Origin: Octopus sinensis
Taxonomy: Eukaryota
Length of the DNA: 64,000 nt
Assembly: GCF_006345805.1 (NCBI RefSeq)
Contig: NC_042999.1
Span: 148,304,001-148,368,000 of the forward strand
Direction: 5' to 3'
Shown here one piece after another: positions 62,331-64,000 of this stretch; position 1 is the stretch's first letter; the number at the start of each line of letters is the position of its first letter. Made by a program: the position numbers and the translations under genes. A model generated the notes under the pieces. The model saw nothing but the letters and a program-made list of their open reading frames with translations. It made no database searches and was not told where the DNA came from.

Positions 62331-63051
62331 AGAGGCCATTGTTGTGATTTATATCTGTCTAAATAACACATACCCATATACACACACTTATTCTAAACAT
62401 AGTATTATATTTACATCATAAATATCAACATCAAAATAAAAATCAAATGGAAATTGTAGTTGTGATACCTGTGCCGGTGGCACATAAAAAGCACCATCCA
62501 AACGTGGCCAATGCTAGCGCCGCCTTGACTGACTTCCGTGCTGGTAGAAAGTACCAACCAATCGTGGCTGCTGCCAGCTTCCCCTGGCACATAAAAAGCA
62601 CCCACTACACTCATGGAGTGGTTAGGAAGGGCATCCAGCTGTAGAAACACTGCCAGATCAGACGAGCCTGGTGCAGCCTCCTGGCTTCTCAGACCCTGGT
62701 CGAACCATCCAAGCCGTGCTAGCATGGAAAACAGACGTTAAACGATGATGATGATGATGATATCAGTTTTACAGCCTGTATGACAATTCTCTTGACCAAA
62801 ATATAAACAACTAAACAGTTGGTCTGAAAGAAGATAAAACTGAGAATTGATAGTCCAATAAAGTAGTTTATTTGTAATAAATTTATGGTTTCATACTTTA
62901 CTCCAGTAAGTGTATGATGTAACATACTAGATTTGTTTTTTCCGCAAAATATACCTGTGAAATAGGGATGCGTCTTATGTGCTGGCAAATACAGAATTTG
63001 ATTTTACTGAATACACCAACATATAATTTGTTTTTCCTTTGTTTACTAAAG

Positions 63052-63163
63052 TGCTCCATATAAAGCATTAGTGGTGAAGGCAAGTGGGTTGGCTGCTGGC
63101 AAAGGAGTGGTTGTCGCTAGATCAGTGGAAGAAGCTTGTCAATCAGTTAAGGATAATCTTGAG
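63052..63163 (+). CDS. GART: GART GARS-domain exon (gene continues beyond the right edge)
   Basis: SAPYKALVVKASGLAAGKGVVVARSVEEACQSVKDNLE (VVKASGLAAGKGV motif); GTAAAG donor. Confidence 0.95.
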
Positions 63164-64000
63164 GTAAAGTAGCCATATTTAACCAACCTAAAATTTCTCT
63201 AGTCTTTATCTCCACCATTCGTCACTTGCCACTATCAGCTCTTTATATACTTCCGTTTTCTTCCATAACTACCTGGTTACTTTACCTGTATATTTCTTCT
63301 CTTTGTGCTTCACCTGTTTCTCTTTTCCTCTAAGTTTGAAACTGGTTTTTTTCCACTCTCCCTCGCTACTGTATTTCCTAGCATGCAAGTCACATTTTTC
63401 AAACCAAACTTTACTACTAAAAATCGGAAGTCAGTTTATACACCAAGACAGCTTTGGCAGACTGGAAATTCCATGAGAAACTGCAACAGAATTTGGAAAG
63501 ATAGTGATGCTTGAATGTTTGCACTACCTGTTTACACTTTATCTACATCAGCATATATGCTGAAAAGTGCAGTATTTGATTGCATACTCTTCTATATCTG
63601 CTCTTCCCATTCTCCTTTCACTTCACCCATCCCCATAATTCTTGTAACCTTCTTATCTCAAACTCATCCTCTGGTAATCTTCATGTTTCTCATTGGTATT
63701 CTTTCTACTCTTCTTCATAATTTACTCATTTCTCTGTTTCCCTCTAGTACTCTGCTTGTCTTCATAGCTCACTCCACCATCTGCCTATTACTCTTTTACT
63801 TGTTTCAGTCATTTGACTGCGGCCATGCTGGAGCACCGCCTTTAGTCGAGCAAATCGACCCCAGGACTTATTCTTTGTAAGCCTAGTACTTATTCTATCG
63901 GTCTCTTTTGCCAAACTGATAAGTTATGGGGACATAAACACACCAGCATCGATTGTCAAGCGATGTTGGGGGGACAAACACAGACACACAAAAACACACA

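Overview
AT-rich, microsatellite-rich animal genomic DNA, most likely an octopus or other coleoid cephalopod (inferred from the RTE, tRNA-SINE and Helitron repertoire, not from a search). I can assemble five protein-coding genes from splice sites and recognisable peptides: HMGCL (minus strand, first six coding exons, 15299 down to ~626, running off the left edge); a two-exon THAP-domain gene (+, 24431-34658); a three-exon 54-aa STMP1-like microprotein gene (minus, 45386-39122) that the ORF track misses; an intronless EFCAB10-like gene (minus, 52226-52648); and, head-to-head with it, the start of GART (+, 58563-63163 and beyond), whose ATG appears split by an intron. The rest is mostly transposon-derived: RTE LINEs with a PHD finger inside the RT region and a hairpin-bearing 3' tandem array, mariner/Tc1, piggyBac derivatives, Merlin-type MITEs, Helitrons (including a head-to-tail dimer), Helentron-type elements, a Gypsy pol relic split by an RTE, CR1-like fragments and several tRNA-derived SINE families. 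The most unusual signals are hammerhead-ribozyme-like motifs (one with an intact core at 12301-12405, and a pair inside a tRNA-headed element arranged as an inverted repeat at 35177-35715) and several fold-back inverted duplications. Exon coordinates were counted by hand; repeat boundaries are approximate.
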